Assembly: GCA_965227295.1 (NCBI GenBank)
Contig: OZ245742.1
Span: forward strand, 2,304,001-2,368,000
Reading direction: 5' to 3'
Origin: Leptonemataceae bacterium
Lineage (GTDB): Bacteria; Spirochaetota; Leptospiria; Leptospirales; Leptonemataceae
DNA: 64,000 bases
Positions 1 through 12,332 of this stretch are shown here, piece by piece. Numbering within the stretch: the stretch's first letter is position 1; every line of letters starts with the position of its first letter. A program made the translations under genes and the position numbers. Under the pieces are notes generated by a model. That model was given only the letters and a program-made list of their open reading frames with translations. It made no database searches and was not told where the DNA came from.

Positions 1-626
1 ACGGCGAAAGCTCCGGTCGCGAGGGGCTGCGCTGGTTCAGTATCCGCGACTACGTCGACGACGTGGAGCGCATCATCGGCACGCTGCCGGCGCCGCCGGT
101 GTTGATCGGCCACAGCATGGGCGGCCTCGTGGTGCAAAAGTACCTCGAGCGCGCGGCGGTACCCGGAGCCGTGCTCGTGGCGCCGGTTCCCACCGAGGGC
201 GTGTGGCGCACGGTGCTGCGGCTGCTCGGCAGTGATCCCGTGGGCGTTTTGCTGGTGCTTGCGCGTTTGAGCCTGGAACCGCTGGTGCGCTCGTCGCGCT
301 GGAGTCGCGAGCATTTCTTTTCGAAGGATATCCATCCCGCCGACCTGGCGCGTTATCACGAGCGCATGCAAAGTGAATCTTTTCGTGCCTTAGTGGATAT
401 GCTGCTCCTCGCTCTGCCGCGGCCGAAGCGCGTCCATCGCGTGCCCATGCTTGTTCTGGGCGCCGAGGACGATACCATCTTCCGACCCGCCCAGGTGCGC
501 CGCACCGCCGCTCGTTACGGCGCCGCCCTGCGCATGTTTGAAGACACGGCCCATGACATGATGCTCGAACGCAAGCACCAGGCCGTCGCCGATGTCATGA
601 TCGAGTGGATCCGGGAGCAGGTCTGA
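1..626 (+). CDS. alpha/beta-fold hydrolase (5' end outside window)
   Basis: Frame open from position 3 (GESSGREGLRWFSIRDYVDDV); GHSMGG nucleophile elbow; acid (GAEDD) and His (AHDMM) motifs. Confidence 0.85.
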   Translation, partial: GESSGREGLRWFSIRDYVDDVERIIGTLPAPPVLIGHSMGGLVVQKYLERAAVPGAVLVAPVPTEGVWRTVLRLLGSDPVGVLLVLARLSLEPLVRSSRWSREHFFSKDIHPADLARYHERMQSESFRALVDMLLLALPRPKRVHRVPMLVLGAEDDTIFRPAQVRRTAARYGAALRMFEDTAHDMMLERKHQAVADVMIEWIREQV

Positions 627-1681
627 TGCGTCGCGGCCTGCTGTGTTTTTTCTGCGCGTTGCCGTTGTTCGCCGAGCCCGGGCAGATCCGCCCCACGAAT
701 CTCTGGGAGGACGTCGCCTACCGTCCCGTGGCCGGCCGGGAGGGCTACGTGCAGGCCTGGAACGTCAACGTCCGCAGCGGCGCGCGGCGCATCTATCTAA
801 CTTACGTTGTAAGTAACTTAGGACCGGGCGACCTGAACAGCGGCGTGGTCGTCCTGCTCTACGACGAAACCACGGGGCAGAGCCGCAGTCATACGGCCGA
901 GTTTGCGGAGGAGGATCTGGAAGGCCGGCCGGGAGTCTTCGGCCACGCCAGCGGTTACAACTACATCTATCCGGTGCCGGAAGGCCTGCGCGTCTTCGTT
1001 AAGATGCCCGGCAAGGTGGAACTGGATCTCGTGTTCTCGGATCTGCGGCCCGGCGTCGCGATTTCCGGCGGTCCCTTTCGCTGCACGCGGAACGACGGCG
1101 ATTTTTTCCGCGCGGACATTCCGGTGGCGCATGCGAACGTGCGGGGCACGCTGCAAGTGAACGGCGAAACATCCCGGGACATTCGCGGCACGGGCGGCCT
1201 TGAGTATTTGCGCACGAACTGCTCGCCGGACGTCTACGCCCGCAGCTTCAGTCTCATGCGAACCTACGAGGATCGGAACGGACTCTACGCCGGCCTCATG
1301 GACCCCGCCCCCGGCGCGCGCCCGGGCGGGGGCTTTGATCGTTACGCCTGGATGGAGCGCGGCCGGGTGCGTCGGTCGGGTTTGATCGTGGCGGTGGAAA
1401 CAAGTGAATCGCGGCGCGCGCCGATTTCGGGCTACGACGTGCCCATGCTGCGGGAGATGCGCACGCAGGACGGCTGCACGATCGAAGAACGCAAACTTCA
1501 ATTCGCCGGCGGTTACTCGGTGCTCGCGAACGTTTCGCGCATTCTGCGCTGGTTCCTGCACGCGTTTTTCGCGAAGCCCTACGTGTTGCACTACGACGCC
1601 CGGATCATTCTGCGATGCCCGGACGGAGTCACGGCGGAGTTCCCGAACGGCCAGAGCACGCACTACTTCTTGAACGAGTGA
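626..1681 (+). CDS. secreted hypothetical protein, possibly AttH/CrtC-like beta fold
   Basis: ATG at 626 overlaps the upstream TGA; signal peptide MRRGLLCFFCALPLFA; beta-rich sequence. The fold is a guess. Confidence 0.6.
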   Translation: MRRGLLCFFCALPLFAEPGQIRPTNLWEDVAYRPVAGREGYVQAWNVNVRSGARRIYLTYVVSNLGPGDLNSGVVVLLYDETTGQSRSHTAEFAEEDLEGRPGVFGHASGYNYIYPVPEGLRVFVKMPGKVELDLVFSDLRPGVAISGGPFRCTRNDGDFFRADIPVAHANVRGTLQVNGETSRDIRGTGGLEYLRTNCSPDVYARSFSLMRTYEDRNGLYAGLMDPAPGARPGGGFDRYAWMERGRVRRSGLIVAVETSESRRAPISGYDVPMLREMRTQDGCTIEERKLQFAGGYSVLANVSRILRWFLHAFFAKPYVLHYDARIILRCPDGVTAEFPNGQSTHYFLNE

Positions 1682-1689
1682 CGCTAACC

Positions 1690-2196
1690 GGACAGCAAGT
1701 CTTGAACTACCGAAACGTTTTTATTCGTTCGCACACGCCCCGGATCGTGGTGTAAGTGGCGGCCAGTTTGGCTTAAGCCTTGTATGGGTACGGCTGGTTC
1801 CAGGCGACCACGGAGATTATGCCGGGGAAATGTGGGGTGCGCACCGGAACGGCGTCTTCTTCGTAAGAATCGCTTCGGTAACTGAGTCGCAAAACAACGT
1901 CCGGGTCGAACGCAGCATCCGCGAGCAAAACGACTATCCACAACTCCCGCATCGCCGTAGCCAAATGAATCCCTTCACCATTGCGCAACTTACTGTGTGT
2001 ATCTCACGGCAAACGCCGCGAACCGCAGCTCTTGAACGACCGGAAAGTTTTCAATGGTTCGAGCACGCCACGAATCGTGATGTAAGTTAAGGCCAGTTTG
2101 GATTAAGCCTTTTATGGGTACAGCTGGTTCCAGCAGATGGACGGAGGTCATGCCGGGGAACATGGTAAGGCGCACCGGAACGGCGTCTTCATCGTA
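1690..2196. repeat. long tandem repeat family, array 1 (~1.5 units, period 330 bp)
   Basis: Anchor CTTGAAC(T/G)ACCG at 1701 and 2031 with collinear downstream blocks; no ORF conserved between copies. Confidence 0.9.
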
Positions 2197-2290
2197 AAGA
2201 TTCGCATGATCAGAACACCGTTACGATTTTTTAGAACACGCCCCGCCCGGACTGCGTCAAAGCCGGGAACGTTCTCTGGGAGTCCTGAAT

Positions 2291-3040
2291 ATGCTGCGCC
2301 GAATCATACCCGCCCTTACCCTGATCACCGCAATCCTCTGCACCGCCTGCGGAACCGCGCGCGGATTCTCCGCCGGTAAACTCGGTCCGGTCACCGGCGA
2401 AAAACGAGAAATCGACGACGCCTACATTCGCGAAAAACTCGCGCGCAGGCCTCAGGCATCGGTGCCCCTGCGCGTCGGCGTTTATTTTATTCCGCCGCGA
2501 CCTGACTACGATCATGAATACGAGACACCCGTGGAAGCCGCCTGGCGCGTCGACGGCGACGACCGTGACGCGCTGCTGAACATCGGCGAAGAGTTGCGCA
2601 AGGCCGGCGTGGTCTCGCAATTCTTTTTGATGAGTGACGCCGTCCTGGAACTCAGCATGCAGACGAACCTCCAGCGTGAGTCGGATGATCTGCTTGCCCT
2701 GCGGCGCATGGCCGCCCTCCACAATGCCGACGCGGTGCTGGTGATCGGCGGGCGCAGCGAGGTTCGCGAGCGTGCGAATTTGCTCTCGGCGTTGTATTTG
2801 ACCGTGGCGGGCATGTTCGTCATTCCCGGTTCGGAGCGGGATGCGAGCTTTACCTGGCGCGGGACCCTGTGGGACGTGCGCAACGAGTATCTCTACGCCG
2901 TTGCTGAACACGAGGCCTCGGCCGCTAATATACGCCCGCTGGCACTTACGAACGAAGAAGAGCTAATTGAAGAAGCCAAAGACGCGGCCATGAAAAAGTT
3001 CTCCGCGGAACTCCAGGCCCAGATCAGCCGGTTGAAGTAA
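2291..3040 (+). CDS. lipoprotein, weak resemblance to rhombotarget lipoprotein family
   Basis: Signal ending in a lipobox-like CTAC; PLRVGVYF and LSALYLTVAGMFVIPG segments. Confidence 0.55.
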   Translation: MLRRIIPALTLITAILCTACGTARGFSAGKLGPVTGEKREIDDAYIREKLARRPQASVPLRVGVYFIPPRPDYDHEYETPVEAAWRVDGDDRDALLNIGEELRKAGVVSQFFLMSDAVLELSMQTNLQRESDDLLALRRMAALHNADAVLVIGGRSEVRERANLLSALYLTVAGMFVIPGSERDASFTWRGTLWDVRNEYLYAVAEHEASAANIRPLALTNEEELIEEAKDAAMKKFSAELQAQISRLK

Positions 3041-3066
3041 ACAACCGGCGTCCGGCTATGCGAAAC

Positions 3067-4167
3067 CGGCAAACGCCGCGAACCGTAGCTCTTGAACTAC
3101 CGGAAAGTTTTCAATGGTTCGAGCACGCCCCGAATCGTGCTGTAAGTTAAGGCCAGTTTGGATTAACACTTTTTTGGGTACAGCTGGTTCCAGGCGACCA
3201 CGGAGGTCATGCCGGGAATGTGGTAAGGCGCACCGGAACGGCGTCTTCGCCGTAAGAAACGGTACCGTACGTTCTCGGTGTCTGAGCCTCACAGATTGGA
3301 AGTGCACATCAAGCGAAGCCGCACAACCAGCGTCCGGGTCGAACGCAGCATTATTAACAAAACGAAAATCCACAACTCCCGCTCAGCCGTAGCCAAAAAA
3401 TCCCCTTCACCATTGCGCAACTTACTGTGTGTATCTCACGGCAAACGCCGCGAACCGCAGCTCTTGAACTACCGGAAAGTTTTCAATGGTTCGAGCACGC
3501 CCCGAATCGTGATGTAAGTTAAGGCCAGTTTGGATTAAGCCTTTTTTGGGTGCAGCTGGTTCCAGCAGATGGGCGGAGGTCATGCCGGGGAACATGGTAA
3601 GGCGCACCGGAACGGCGTCTTCGCCGTAAGAAACGACCGGTGTCTGGGCCTCACAGATTGGAAGTGCACATCAAGCGAATCCGCACCCCGGAGCCCCGCT
3701 CTATTCGCGGGGCGGAGCGGGTGCGGGTTCGCGATAGCTGAGTCGCACAACCAGCGTCCGGGTCGAACGCAGCATTCTTCGCAAAACGAAAATCCACAAC
3801 TCCCGCTTCGCCGTAGCCAAATCAATCCCCTCACCATTGCGCAACTTACCTTGCATCTCGCGGCAAACGTCGCGAGACACAGCTCTTGAACTACCGGAAA
3901 CGTTTTTGTTTGTTCGAGCACGCCCCGAATCGTGACGTAAGTGGCGGTCAGTGTGCATTAAGGCTTTTATGATTACGGCTGGTTCCAGCTAACGTGCGGA
4001 GGTCATGCCGGGGAAATGTGGAGCGCGCACCGGAACGGCGTCTTCGCCGTAAGAAACGGTACCGTACGTTCTCGGTGTCTGAGCCTCACAAATTGAAAGT
4101 GCACATCAAGCGAATCCGCACCCCGGAGCCCCGCTCTATCCGCGGGGCGGAGCGGGTGCGGGTGCGC
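3067..4167. repeat. long tandem repeat family, array 2 (~3 units, periods 372 and 422 bp)
   Basis: Anchors at 3091, 3463 and 3885; extra modules inserted after CGTAAGAA. Confidence 0.9.
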
Positions 4168-4173
4168 GCTAAC

Positions 4174-4575
4174 TCAACTGCCCCGCTGCGGAATGCGCAT
4201 GGGTTTGCCCTTGTCGTTCAACGCCACGTAAGTAATTTCGCAGGCGATCACTTCGCGGAAGGTTTCGTTCTCCGGATCGAAGGCGAGGATCTTGCCGTCG
4301 ACGCGTACCGTGGTCCGGCTGATCTCGTTGATGCGACTGTAGATTTGCAGGATGTCTCCCAGGAACGCCGGGTTGCGGAAGCGGATGTTGTCCATGGAAA
4401 GCGTGGCGAAGCGTTTGTACTTCAGAACCTTGCAGGCGTACATGTACAGGTCTTTGTCGAGCCACGCGGTGAGCTGTCCGCCGAAAATGTGATGATTCGG
4501 ATTCAGATGTTCCGTCATGACCAGGTGCTGGCTGGCCAGGGCATAGTCTTCGAGATTGAATTCGCTTTCAGGCAT
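4174..4575 (-). CDS. acyl-CoA thioesterase (hotdog fold)
   Basis: HLNPNHHIFGGQLTAWLD motif, FRNPAFLGD, C-terminal TYVALNDKGKP. Confidence 0.9.
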   Translation of the reverse strand: MPESEFNLEDYALASQHLVMTEHLNPNHHIFGGQLTAWLDKDLYMYACKVLKYKRFATLSMDNIRFRNPAFLGDILQIYSRINEISRTTVRVDGKILAFDPENETFREVIACEITYVALNDKGKPMRIPQRGS

Positions 4576-4752
4576 GGGTTACGCCGGCGCCTGTAAATTG
4601 ATGAAACACCGGATGGTTTCAGGGCGCAGCGGTCGAGGGTGTCTGTCAAGCGGTTCCCGGATTTTGGTGGACCGAGGAGGGGCCGGGTGGTTCCTTCGTT
4701 GTCCTCCGCCCGTTTTTAGCGTTACTTACGAAACGAGACGGGCCCGCGGCTT

Positions 4753-7700
4753 ATGCGCCATTCCAGCACACTTACGGATCGCATTCTTAAAGATCGTTAC
4801 GAGGTTCGAGAACTCCTCGGCGAAGGCGGCATGGGCCGGGTCTTTCGCGTATGGGATCGCCGGTCCCGGGAAGACCTGGCGCTGAAGCTCATCGATACCC
4901 GCAACAAGAAGTTTCCCCTGGAAACGGTGCTGCGTTTTCGCTCCGAGGCGGAGACACTCAAGTCCCTGCGGCATCCGTCCATCATTCGTTACGTCGACTA
5001 CTTCGAGGACGACGACCAGCACGCCCTGGTCACGGAGTTCATCGATGCGCCGACGTTGCGCGAGTACCTCGACGATCTGCTCGACCAGCAGCACGCCGGC
5101 ATCGATACCGCGCTTATGATCCTGCGCGGCGTCGGTGAGGCCCTGGTTTACCTGCACGACCGCGGCCTGGTACATCACGACCTGAAGTCCTCGAACATTC
5201 TGACGGAGGTGCGCGGGCTTCCGGAAGACGCCCCGGCCGACATCAGCGGGCTGCGCATCCTGGACTTCGGTCTCTCGCATCTTGTAGGTGCCGACACCGG
5301 TTCGCATTTCGCCGGGACCCTCGCGTACATGGCGCCCGAGCAAACGGGCATGTTGCACAAGCTCGTCGATCACCGCGCGGATCTCTACTCCCTGGGCGTG
5401 ATCCTGTACGAAGTGCTCACCGGCCGCCTTCCGTTTACGGCCAACGATCCCGCCGTACTCATGCACCAGCACGTCGCCGTCACTCCGCAAAAGCCGTCGG
5501 AGTTGCGCGCGGACATTCCGCCCATCCTGGAAGAGCTGGTGCTCAAGCTGTTGAGCAAAGATCCGGAAGATCGTTATCGGACGACGGCCGGGCTCGTCCG
5601 CGACCTGGATCGATACGATCGTCTGCACGGCGACGGCGAGGACCCGGCACACATTCGTTTTCCCCTGGGCGACGAGGATCACTGGGAAAGCTTTCCGCGC
5701 CGCAATCCCTTCCTGAATCGCGAATCGGAACTGGAGCTCCTGCGCGCTACCATCGAACACGCGCGCACCTCGGAACGCGGCACGCTGGTGTTGCTCGACG
5801 GCGCTCGTTCCGTGGGCAAGACGGAACTGCTGAATCGCATCTACAACGACGAGCAGCAGGGCCGGCGCGGCGTGAAGTGGTTCTACTCACCGCGGCGTGA
5901 AGAAACGGAGAAACCGTACAAGGCCATCACCGACCTCTTACAAAACTTTCTGCAATTCCTGCGCACCATCCCCGAAGCGCGTCAGTACAAAATCGTTTCA
6001 TCGATCCAGTCGCACTTCGGCGATCGCTTTCGGTTGTTCGTGGATTTGCTTCCGGAACTTCGGGGCTGGATCGACAGCGAACAGTCGGACAATGCCGACG
6101 GCGACGACGCGCGCACGGAGGGCCCGAGTGCCCTCGTCACGAACCCCGAGTACGCCGACGTGGCCTTTGAGTTCTTTCGCGTGGTGGCCGCCTATCAGCA
6201 GGGCCTCACAATCTTTGTCGACGACTTTCACTACATGGAAGCGAGCACGGCCCGGGCTTTTCTGGAACGCATCTCGGGCGCCGACGACCTGGGCGGCGCT
6301 CCGGTGGTCCTGATCTTCGCCTACAACTACGATCTGTTGCCCGAGGTACACCGGGACGCCGTGCGCCGGGCCCTCGCTCCGCGCGAAAGCGGCACCGCGG
6401 ATTCCCACGTCCCGCGGCTCCTGCGCCTGGAACCGCTGTCGGAAGCGGTCTGCGCCGAGTTGTTGCACCAACTGTTTTCGCGTAAGCTGGACGATCTTTC
6501 CGCCTTGCTGGAACCGCTTTACTCGACCACGGGGGGCAATCCCGGGGCCTTGCGCATTCTCCTGCAAAACCTGATTGATCGTAAGTTAATATTTTTTGAT
6601 TCTAAGGGTGGCGGCACCTGGCGGACCCGGTTCGCCGAAGCGCTGGAGTACATCCGCGAACGCCAGGGCGCCCGGGGCGCGTCGTTGTGGGTACTCGAGG
6701 ACTTCTCGGACGATGAGGTCGAGTACCTCAAGCAGGCCGCGGTCTTCCAGCGGGCCTTCACCCTGGCCGCGCTGCGAGCCGTGTTGCTGCTCGAAGCCCC
6801 GCCCGAAACGGACAAGGCCGAACACGAAGGCGACGACTCCGACAACGGCGCCGCACGCCGGGACGCGCACCTGCTCGCAACCCTGGATCGCGCGGTGCAA
6901 GCTCAGATCCTCGCCGTGGATACCTCCCGGCTGTACTCGTTCCGCGATCCGGCGCTGCGCGTGCATTTATTGGAACAATTGCCCGAGGGGCAACGGCGCA
7001 TCGTACACAAGATGATTGCGCACTTTCTCGAAACCTCGGTGCTGCCGGATTCGCCGGCGGCGGTCTACGACATCGCCCATCACGAGGAGTACGCCGGAGA
7101 CTTCGACCGGGCCCTGGATTTTTACGAGCGCGCCGCTAAGTTGACCGAAAACGAACTCTACACGAATCGCCAGTCGCAGATCTACTACGAACTCGCGCAT
7201 CGTGTCATCGGCAAGATGCCGGACGATCGTGTACCCGTGGAGCGACGCTTCGAGATTCTCTTTCGTTCGATCATGCACGATCTGAATCTCAATCCGTCGC
7301 GGCCGGAGCTGGAAGATCGTCTGGCGTTGCTGGCGGAACTGGCCGGTGACGAGCGCGTGCGGACCCAACGCTTGCTTTCGGCGCGAACGCTCTTTTTGTT
7401 CATGCGCGGGCGCAAAAAGGAGATGGTGGAAACCGGCGAATCCTTGCTGGCCATCGCCTCGCCGGAAAATCCCGAGGACGCCGCGCACATCCTGCCCACG
7501 TATCTGCTCCTGGGCACGACGCCCACCGGTAAATCGTTCGAAGAGCGCGCCGACCTGTTGCGCACCGGTCTCGACATTGCCATGCGTCTGGAGCGGCCGG
7601 ACATCACGCAGGGCCCCATGGTCGCGTACATGAACATCCTCGCGTACCTCGGCAGATTCGAAGAAGCCGAACAGGAACTGCAACGTCTCACCGCCGATTT

Positions 7701-9828
7701 AAAGCGCATGCATTCGCCCCTGGCGAACGTCGGCCCGCTCTTCGCCCACGGCATTCTGGACGGCGAGCGCGGCGACTTTCCGGCGCTGCTCGCGCGCACC
7801 GAGGGCATCGACCTCGAAGAACTGCCCATGCCCGCGGTATCCCGGCGCTTTATTCTGGCTCACCACGCGCGGGCCCTGGGCATGACCGGGCGATCCAAAG
7901 AGGCCCTGCAAATCTTCGATCAAATCCTCATCCGCGAAGAGAACACGGCACAACGCGGCGAGCGTTCCTTAGCTTTACACGGGCGTGTGTTACTGGCCCT
8001 GCGCATGGACGAACCGGAGACGGCGCTGGAGTACCTGGAGCAGGCGCGCAAACACATGGCGTTGCGTCCGGACCCGTACGTCGAAGCGCTGTTCGAACTG
8101 CTCGCGTGTTTTGCGTACCTGCGATTGGGCCAGGTTCGGGACGCGGCCGCGGCCCTGGCCCAGGGCCGGAGCATCGGCGACCCGCTGGACTCGCCGCTGT
8201 TGCACGCGCACCTGGACTTCGGGGCGGCCAAACTCGGCTGGTTTCAGGAACGCGACGAGAAGTACTTAAAAGAAGGCGAGGCCGTTCTCGAACGTTTCGT
8301 CGACATGAGCGTCGCCGGCTATTACGAAATCTATCGCGAGGACTACAAAACCTGGCGGAACATCTACAGCGACTCGTCCTCGCATACGGTGCTCTCCGGG
8401 GAAAACCGCGAGCTGGTGCAGCTCATGGAGATCAACCGCAAGATCTCCTCGACCCTCGACACGGACCTGTTGCTCGAAGAGGTGCTGCGCGGCGCCATGC
8501 AGATTACCGGCGCGCGGCAGGGGTATCTGTTCACCTGCGACGATCCCGAAGACGCGCTCGGACAAAACACGCCGCTGCCGCAGTTGCAATTGTCCCGGGA
8601 CGCCCACGGCGCGGCGGTGCCCCCGGAAGAGAACGTCTTCAGCCGGACGATCGTACACGAGGTCATAACTTCTCGTGAGTCAGTGTTAACGCGAGACGCG
8701 CGCTCCGAGCGGCGCTGGGAACCTTCGAAGAGCGTGCAGTTGCATCATCTGCGTTCCGTGCTCACCTCGCCCATCCTGCTGCACAATCGTTTGCTGGGTG
8801 TCCTCTATCTCGACAACCGGGAGGCGTCTTCGGTCTTTACCGTGCGCGACCGCGAGATCCTCGAGAACTTTGCGACTCAGTCCGCCATCGCCATGAACAA
8901 CGCGCGGCTCTTCGAGCGCGAACAGAACGCCCGCCGGCAGACCGAGGCGACGCTGGCGACGTTCGCGCGTTTCGTGCCGCGGCAATTCACCGAACGTTTT
9001 GCCGAGGGCAACGTGGAGTTGCTCCAGACCGGCCTGTCGCGCCAGGAGTCGCTGTCGGTGTTGTTCTCCGACGTGCGCGGCTTTACGTCGCTTTCGGAAC
9101 TGCTGGGGTCCGAAAAGACCTTTACGTTACTCAACGAGTACCTCGACCGCATGGAACAACCCATCCGCGGGCGTGACGGCTTCGTCGACAAGTTCATCGG
9201 CGACGCGGTCATGGCCCTCTTCGACGGCCCGCCCCGGGAATCCGCCGTCAAGGCCGTGCGCGCCGGCATTGAAATGCAGACCGCGCTGGTCATGTTCAAC
9301 GACGAGCGCGCGCGCCATGGGGAAGCGCCCCTGTCCATCGGCCTCGGCGTGAATACCGGCGAAGTGATGATCGGCGTGGTGGGTTCCCGCGAGCGGATGG
9401 ATACGACAGTGATGGGCGACACCGTGAATACGGCCTCGCGCATTGAATCTCTGACGAAGTACTATCGTTGCTCGTTTCTCATCGGCGAGGATACCTACAA
9501 CCTGGTCAAAGTTCAGGACGATCTGCAGTTGCGGTTCATCGACGCGGTGCAGGTGAAAGGCAAGGACCAGAGCACGAAGATCTACGAGGTCTTCAATCAC
9601 GATGCGCCGGAAATTCGCGAAAAGAAACTGCAGCACCGCGAGCTGTTTACGGAAGGCCTGCTGTGTTACGAGAGCGGAGACTGGGCCGGTGCGATCCGTT
9701 GTTTCGAAGAGTACGCCGGGATCTTTCCGGACGACGCCGTGGTGAAACCGTTCCTGGAACGCTGCGAACTCTTTCAAACGCTGCCGCCGGAAAACTGGAC
9801 CGGCGTCTACCGCCTCGAAGAAAAGTAA
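4753..9828 (+). CDS. Ser/Thr kinase - AAA/STAND-type ATPase - TPR-like - GAF - class III adenylate/guanylate cyclase
   Basis: Kinase [26 protein letters not shown]; Walker A GARSVGKT and Walker [17 protein letters not shown]; cyclase [28 protein letters not shown]. Confidence 0.9.
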   Translation: MRHSSTLTDRILKDRYEVRELLGEGGMGRVFRVWDRRSREDLALKLIDTRNKKFPLETVLRFRSEAETLKSLRHPSIIRYVDYFEDDDQHALVTEFIDAPTLREYLDDLLDQQHAGIDTALMILRGVGEALVYLHDRGLVHHDLKSSNILTEVRGLPEDAPADISGLRILDFGLSHLVGADTGSHFAGTLAYMAPEQTGMLHKLVDHRADLYSLGVILYEVLTGRLPFTANDPAVLMHQHVAVTPQKPSELRADIPPILEELVLKLLSKDPEDRYRTTAGLVRDLDRYDRLHGDGEDPAHIRFPLGDEDHWESFPRRNPFLNRESELELLRATIEHARTSERGTLVLLDGARSVGKTELLNRIYNDEQQGRRGVKWFYSPRREETEKPYKAITDLLQNFLQFLRTIPEARQYKIVSSIQSHFGDRFRLFVDLLPELRGWIDSEQSDNADGDDARTEGPSALVTNPEYADVAFEFFRVVAAYQQGLTIFVDDFHYMEASTARAFLERISGADDLGGAPVVLIFAYNYDLLPEVHRDAVRRALAPRESGTADSHVPRLLRLEPLSEAVCAELLHQLFSRKLDDLSALLEPLYSTTGGNPGALRILLQNLIDRKLIFFDSKGGGTWRTRFAEALEYIRERQGARGASLWVLEDFSDDEVEYLKQAAVFQRAFTLAALRAVLLLEAPPETDKAEHEGDDSDNGAARRDAHLLATLDRAVQAQILAVDTSRLYSFRDPALRVHLLEQLPEGQRRIVHKMIAHFLETSVLPDSPAAVYDIAHHEEYAGDFDRALDFYERAAKLTENELYTNRQSQIYYELAHRVIGKMPDDRVPVERRFEILFRSIMHDLNLNPSRPELEDRLALLAELAGDERVRTQRLLSARTLFLFMRGRKKEMVETGESLLAIASPENPEDAAHILPTYLLLGTTPTGKSFEERADLLRTGLDIAMRLERPDITQGPMVAYMNILAYLGRFEEAEQELQRLTADLKRMHSPLANVGPLFAHGILDGERGDFPALLARTEGIDLEELPMPAVSRRFILAHHARALGMTGRSKEALQIFDQILIREENTAQRGERSLALHGRVLLALRMDEPETALEYLEQARKHMALRPDPYVEALFELLACFAYLRLGQVRDAAAALAQGRSIGDPLDSPLLHAHLDFGAAKLGWFQERDEKYLKEGEAVLERFVDMSVAGYYEIYREDYKTWRNIYSDSSSHTVLSGENRELVQLMEINRKISSTLDTDLLLEEVLRGAMQITGARQGYLFTCDDPEDALGQNTPLPQLQLSRDAHGAAVPPEENVFSRTIVHEVITSRESVLTRDARSERRWEPSKSVQLHHLRSVLTSPILLHNRLLGVLYLDNREASSVFTVRDREILENFATQSAIAMNNARLFEREQNARRQTEATLATFARFVPRQFTERFAEGNVELLQTGLSRQESLSVLFSDVRGFTSLSELLGSEKTFTLLNEYLDRMEQPIRGRDGFVDKFIGDAVMALFDGPPRESAVKAVRAGIEMQTALVMFNDERARHGEAPLSIGLGVNTGEVMIGVVGSRERMDTTVMGDTVNTASRIESLTKYYRCSFLIGEDTYNLVKVQDDLQLRFIDAVQVKGKDQSTKIYEVFNHDAPEIREKKLQHRELFTEGLLCYESGDWAGAIRCFEEYAGIFPDDAVVKPFLERCELFQTLPPENWTGVYRLEEK

Positions 9829-9836
9829 GAGCCTTC

Positions 9837-12332
9837 ATGTTGCGTGCGACATTGTTTTGCGCCGTCCTGTTCGTGGTGACGGTTTCCCTCGGGGCGGAAC
9901 CCGCCGTGGTCCCCCTGCCGCCGGAGGAGGGCGCGCCCGTTTCTCTCGGCCCGCGTCTCGAGTACCTCATCGATCCCGGAGGCGAGTTGTCTTTCGACGA
10001 GGTGCGTTCCGGCGTCGTCGACGATCGTTTTCACGCCTGGGACCGGGAGGTCCTCGGCCGCGGTATTACCACCGCGACGGTGTGGGTGCGTTTCGCGCTG
10101 GCCCCGGGCCGGCGGCCGAAAGATGCGGAGAGCCCGGAACGTTACGTCGTCGAGGCACTGTTTCCGCGTCTGGAATACATTGATTTTTACGAACCGCGTG
10201 CGGACGGTTCTTATGTTCATATCAGTGGAGGTTTACGCACCGAGGAGAAGGATCGCATGCACCGGGCCCCGCGCTTTCACTTTCCCGTGAAGCTGTCGGG
10301 AGGCGGCAGCCGGCCGTACTACATGAGCTTTCGTTCGGCCAGCTCCATGATCATCGGCCTGAATCTGCTCGGCGAATCGCGCCGCGTTTCGGAAAGCGCG
10401 TACCGTAACTTTGCCCAGGGAGTCTTCGCGGGGTTGCTGTTGCTGATGATCATTTACAACAGCTTCTTGCTGTTTACGGTGCGTGACATCGCCTTCGTTT
10501 ACTTCATCATCATGCTCGTCGGCTTTCAGGCTTTCGGCCTCGCAATGATGGGCACGGCGGATCGCTACTTATGGCCGGGGCAGCCGGACTGGGCCCTCAA
10601 GGCTCCGCTGGTATTCTCGGGAATTGTGCACATCGCCACGGCGCAGTTCGCCCGGGTCTTTCTGGTAACGCGGCGCTGGCTGTTCATTGAGTGGTTCTTT
10701 CGTCTGGTCCTCGTGCTCGGCGTCTTCATGATTGCCGGTGCCTTTCTCAACTTTCGTTTCGCGAACCAGGTGGCGGTCTACGGCGGCATGACCAGTGCGT
10801 TGACGAGTTTCGGCTGCGCAGTATTCGTCTGGGAACGGGGTTACCGGCCGGCGCGTTTTCTCGTCGGTGCCTGGTTGCTTTCCGTAACCGCCGGTTTCTT
10901 TTTTGGGTTGGTCCTCAGCGGCTATCTGCCGGCGACGTTCTTTTTTCGCTACAGCCTCCAGTTCGCGGGTACCATCTCCCTGGTGCTGATCTCCCTGGCG
11001 CTGACGGATCGCATTAACATCTACCGGGAAGAATATAAGCAAAAACTCGAAGAGACCGTTCGGGAGCGTACCGCGGACCTGAGTCGCAACGTGCGTGAGT
11101 TGACCCGCGCCCGGGAGGCCGCCGAGTCCGCAAGCCGGGCCAAGACCGCCTTCCTTGCGAACATGTCCCACGAAATTCGCACGCCCATGAACGCGATCCT
11201 CGGCGCCAGTGAACTGCTCGAAGAGACCGAACTTTCCGGCGAGCAGAACCGCTACATTCGTTTGTTGCGCGGCTCCGGAGAAACATTGCTGGGTTTAATC
11301 GATGACATCCTGGATCTTTCGCGCATCGAAGCGGAGAAGCTGAGCCTCGATCACGTGCGTTTTTCTCCGGTCTACGTCGTTGTCCGCGTCACCGAACTTC
11401 TGGCCGTGGCGGCCCGGGACAAGGGCATCGAGGTCCACTGGCACGTGGCGACGGAGGTGCCGGAAGCGGTGCTCGGAGATCCTGGAAGGTTGCGCCAAAT
11501 TTTGATCAACCTGGTCGGCAACGCGGTAAAGTTTACGACCCGGGGATCCATCGAGGTTCGCTGCCGCGTGATTGCGGAAGAGAGCAGCGCGGATTCGGTC
11601 TTTCTGGAATTCTCCGTCAAGGATACGGGGGCCGGCATCCCGGCGGAGAAACACGCGGAAATCTTCGAGGCCTTTACCCAGGCGGATGTTTCCACCACGC
11701 GGCAGTACGGGGGGACGGGACTCGGCCTGGCCATCTCCCGGCGCCTGGCCCGCCTGCTCGGCGGCGACATGATCGTAGAGAGCGAACCGAACGTCGGCAG
11801 CGTGTTCACGTTTACCTGCCGCTTCGAGGTTTCCACCGAACCGGCCCGGGATTCCGGGGCGAAAGACGATAGCGATCCCGGGGGCGACGACGAAACCCGG
11901 GTCGGCTTTCCGGAACGCAGCGGCAACCGTGTCGTCGCTGATCGGGATCAACCCGTACGCATTCTGCTCGTCGAGGATAACGAGGACAACCGCCAGTTGG
12001 TGCTCGCATTTCTTAAGAAGCATTCGTACGATATTAGCATCGCAGAGCACGGTCGGGAGGCCCTCGATCTCTTTCACGCGAGCGAGTTCGACCTGGTGCT
12101 CATGGATATGCAGATGCCGATTATGGACGGTTACGAGGCGACGCGCAGCATGCGCGAGTGGGAACGCCGTCGCCCGGATCGCCGTCGCACGCCCATCGTT
12201 GCGCTGAGCGCCCATGCCATGCAGGAGGACATCGACCGCGTCCTCGCCGTCGGCTGCGACGCGTATCTTACGAAACCAGTGAAGAAGGCGGCGTTGGTCG
12301 AGGCGATCGAAAAATACAGCTACGGTAACTGA
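9837..12332 (+). CDS. 7TM-DISM hybrid sensor histidine kinase with receiver domain
   Basis: Signal peptide from ATG 9837; extracellular DISM domain and ~7 TM helices; [37 protein letters not shown]; receiver [11 protein letters not shown]. Confidence 0.92.
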   Translation: MLRATLFCAVLFVVTVSLGAEPAVVPLPPEEGAPVSLGPRLEYLIDPGGELSFDEVRSGVVDDRFHAWDREVLGRGITTATVWVRFALAPGRRPKDAESPERYVVEALFPRLEYIDFYEPRADGSYVHISGGLRTEEKDRMHRAPRFHFPVKLSGGGSRPYYMSFRSASSMIIGLNLLGESRRVSESAYRNFAQGVFAGLLLLMIIYNSFLLFTVRDIAFVYFIIMLVGFQAFGLAMMGTADRYLWPGQPDWALKAPLVFSGIVHIATAQFARVFLVTRRWLFIEWFFRLVLVLGVFMIAGAFLNFRFANQVAVYGGMTSALTSFGCAVFVWERGYRPARFLVGAWLLSVTAGFFFGLVLSGYLPATFFFRYSLQFAGTISLVLISLALTDRINIYREEYKQKLEETVRERTADLSRNVRELTRAREAAESASRAKTAFLANMSHEIRTPMNAILGASELLEETELSGEQNRYIRLLRGSGETLLGLIDDILDLSRIEAEKLSLDHVRFSPVYVVVRVTELLAVAARDKGIEVHWHVATEVPEAVLGDPGRLRQILINLVGNAVKFTTRGSIEVRCRVIAEESSADSVFLEFSVKDTGAGIPAEKHAEIFEAFTQADVSTTRQYGGTGLGLAISRRLARLLGGDMIVESEPNVGSVFTFTCRFEVSTEPARDSGAKDDSDPGGDDETRVGFPERSGNRVVADRDQPVRILLVEDNEDNRQLVLAFLKKHSYDISIAEHGREALDLFHASEFDLVLMDMQMPIMDGYEATRSMREWERRRPDRRRTPIVALSAHAMQEDIDRVLAVGCDAYLTKPVKKAALVEAIEKYSYGN

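Noticed and set aside
3258..3285. Minus-strand ACGTACGGT resembling group II intron domain V
   Set aside because: Only a 9-nt match; no catalytic triad stem or domain VI.
9468..9836. N-terminal extension of the histidine kinase ORF
   Set aside because: Overlaps the cyclase gene; the signal peptide begins at ATG 9837.
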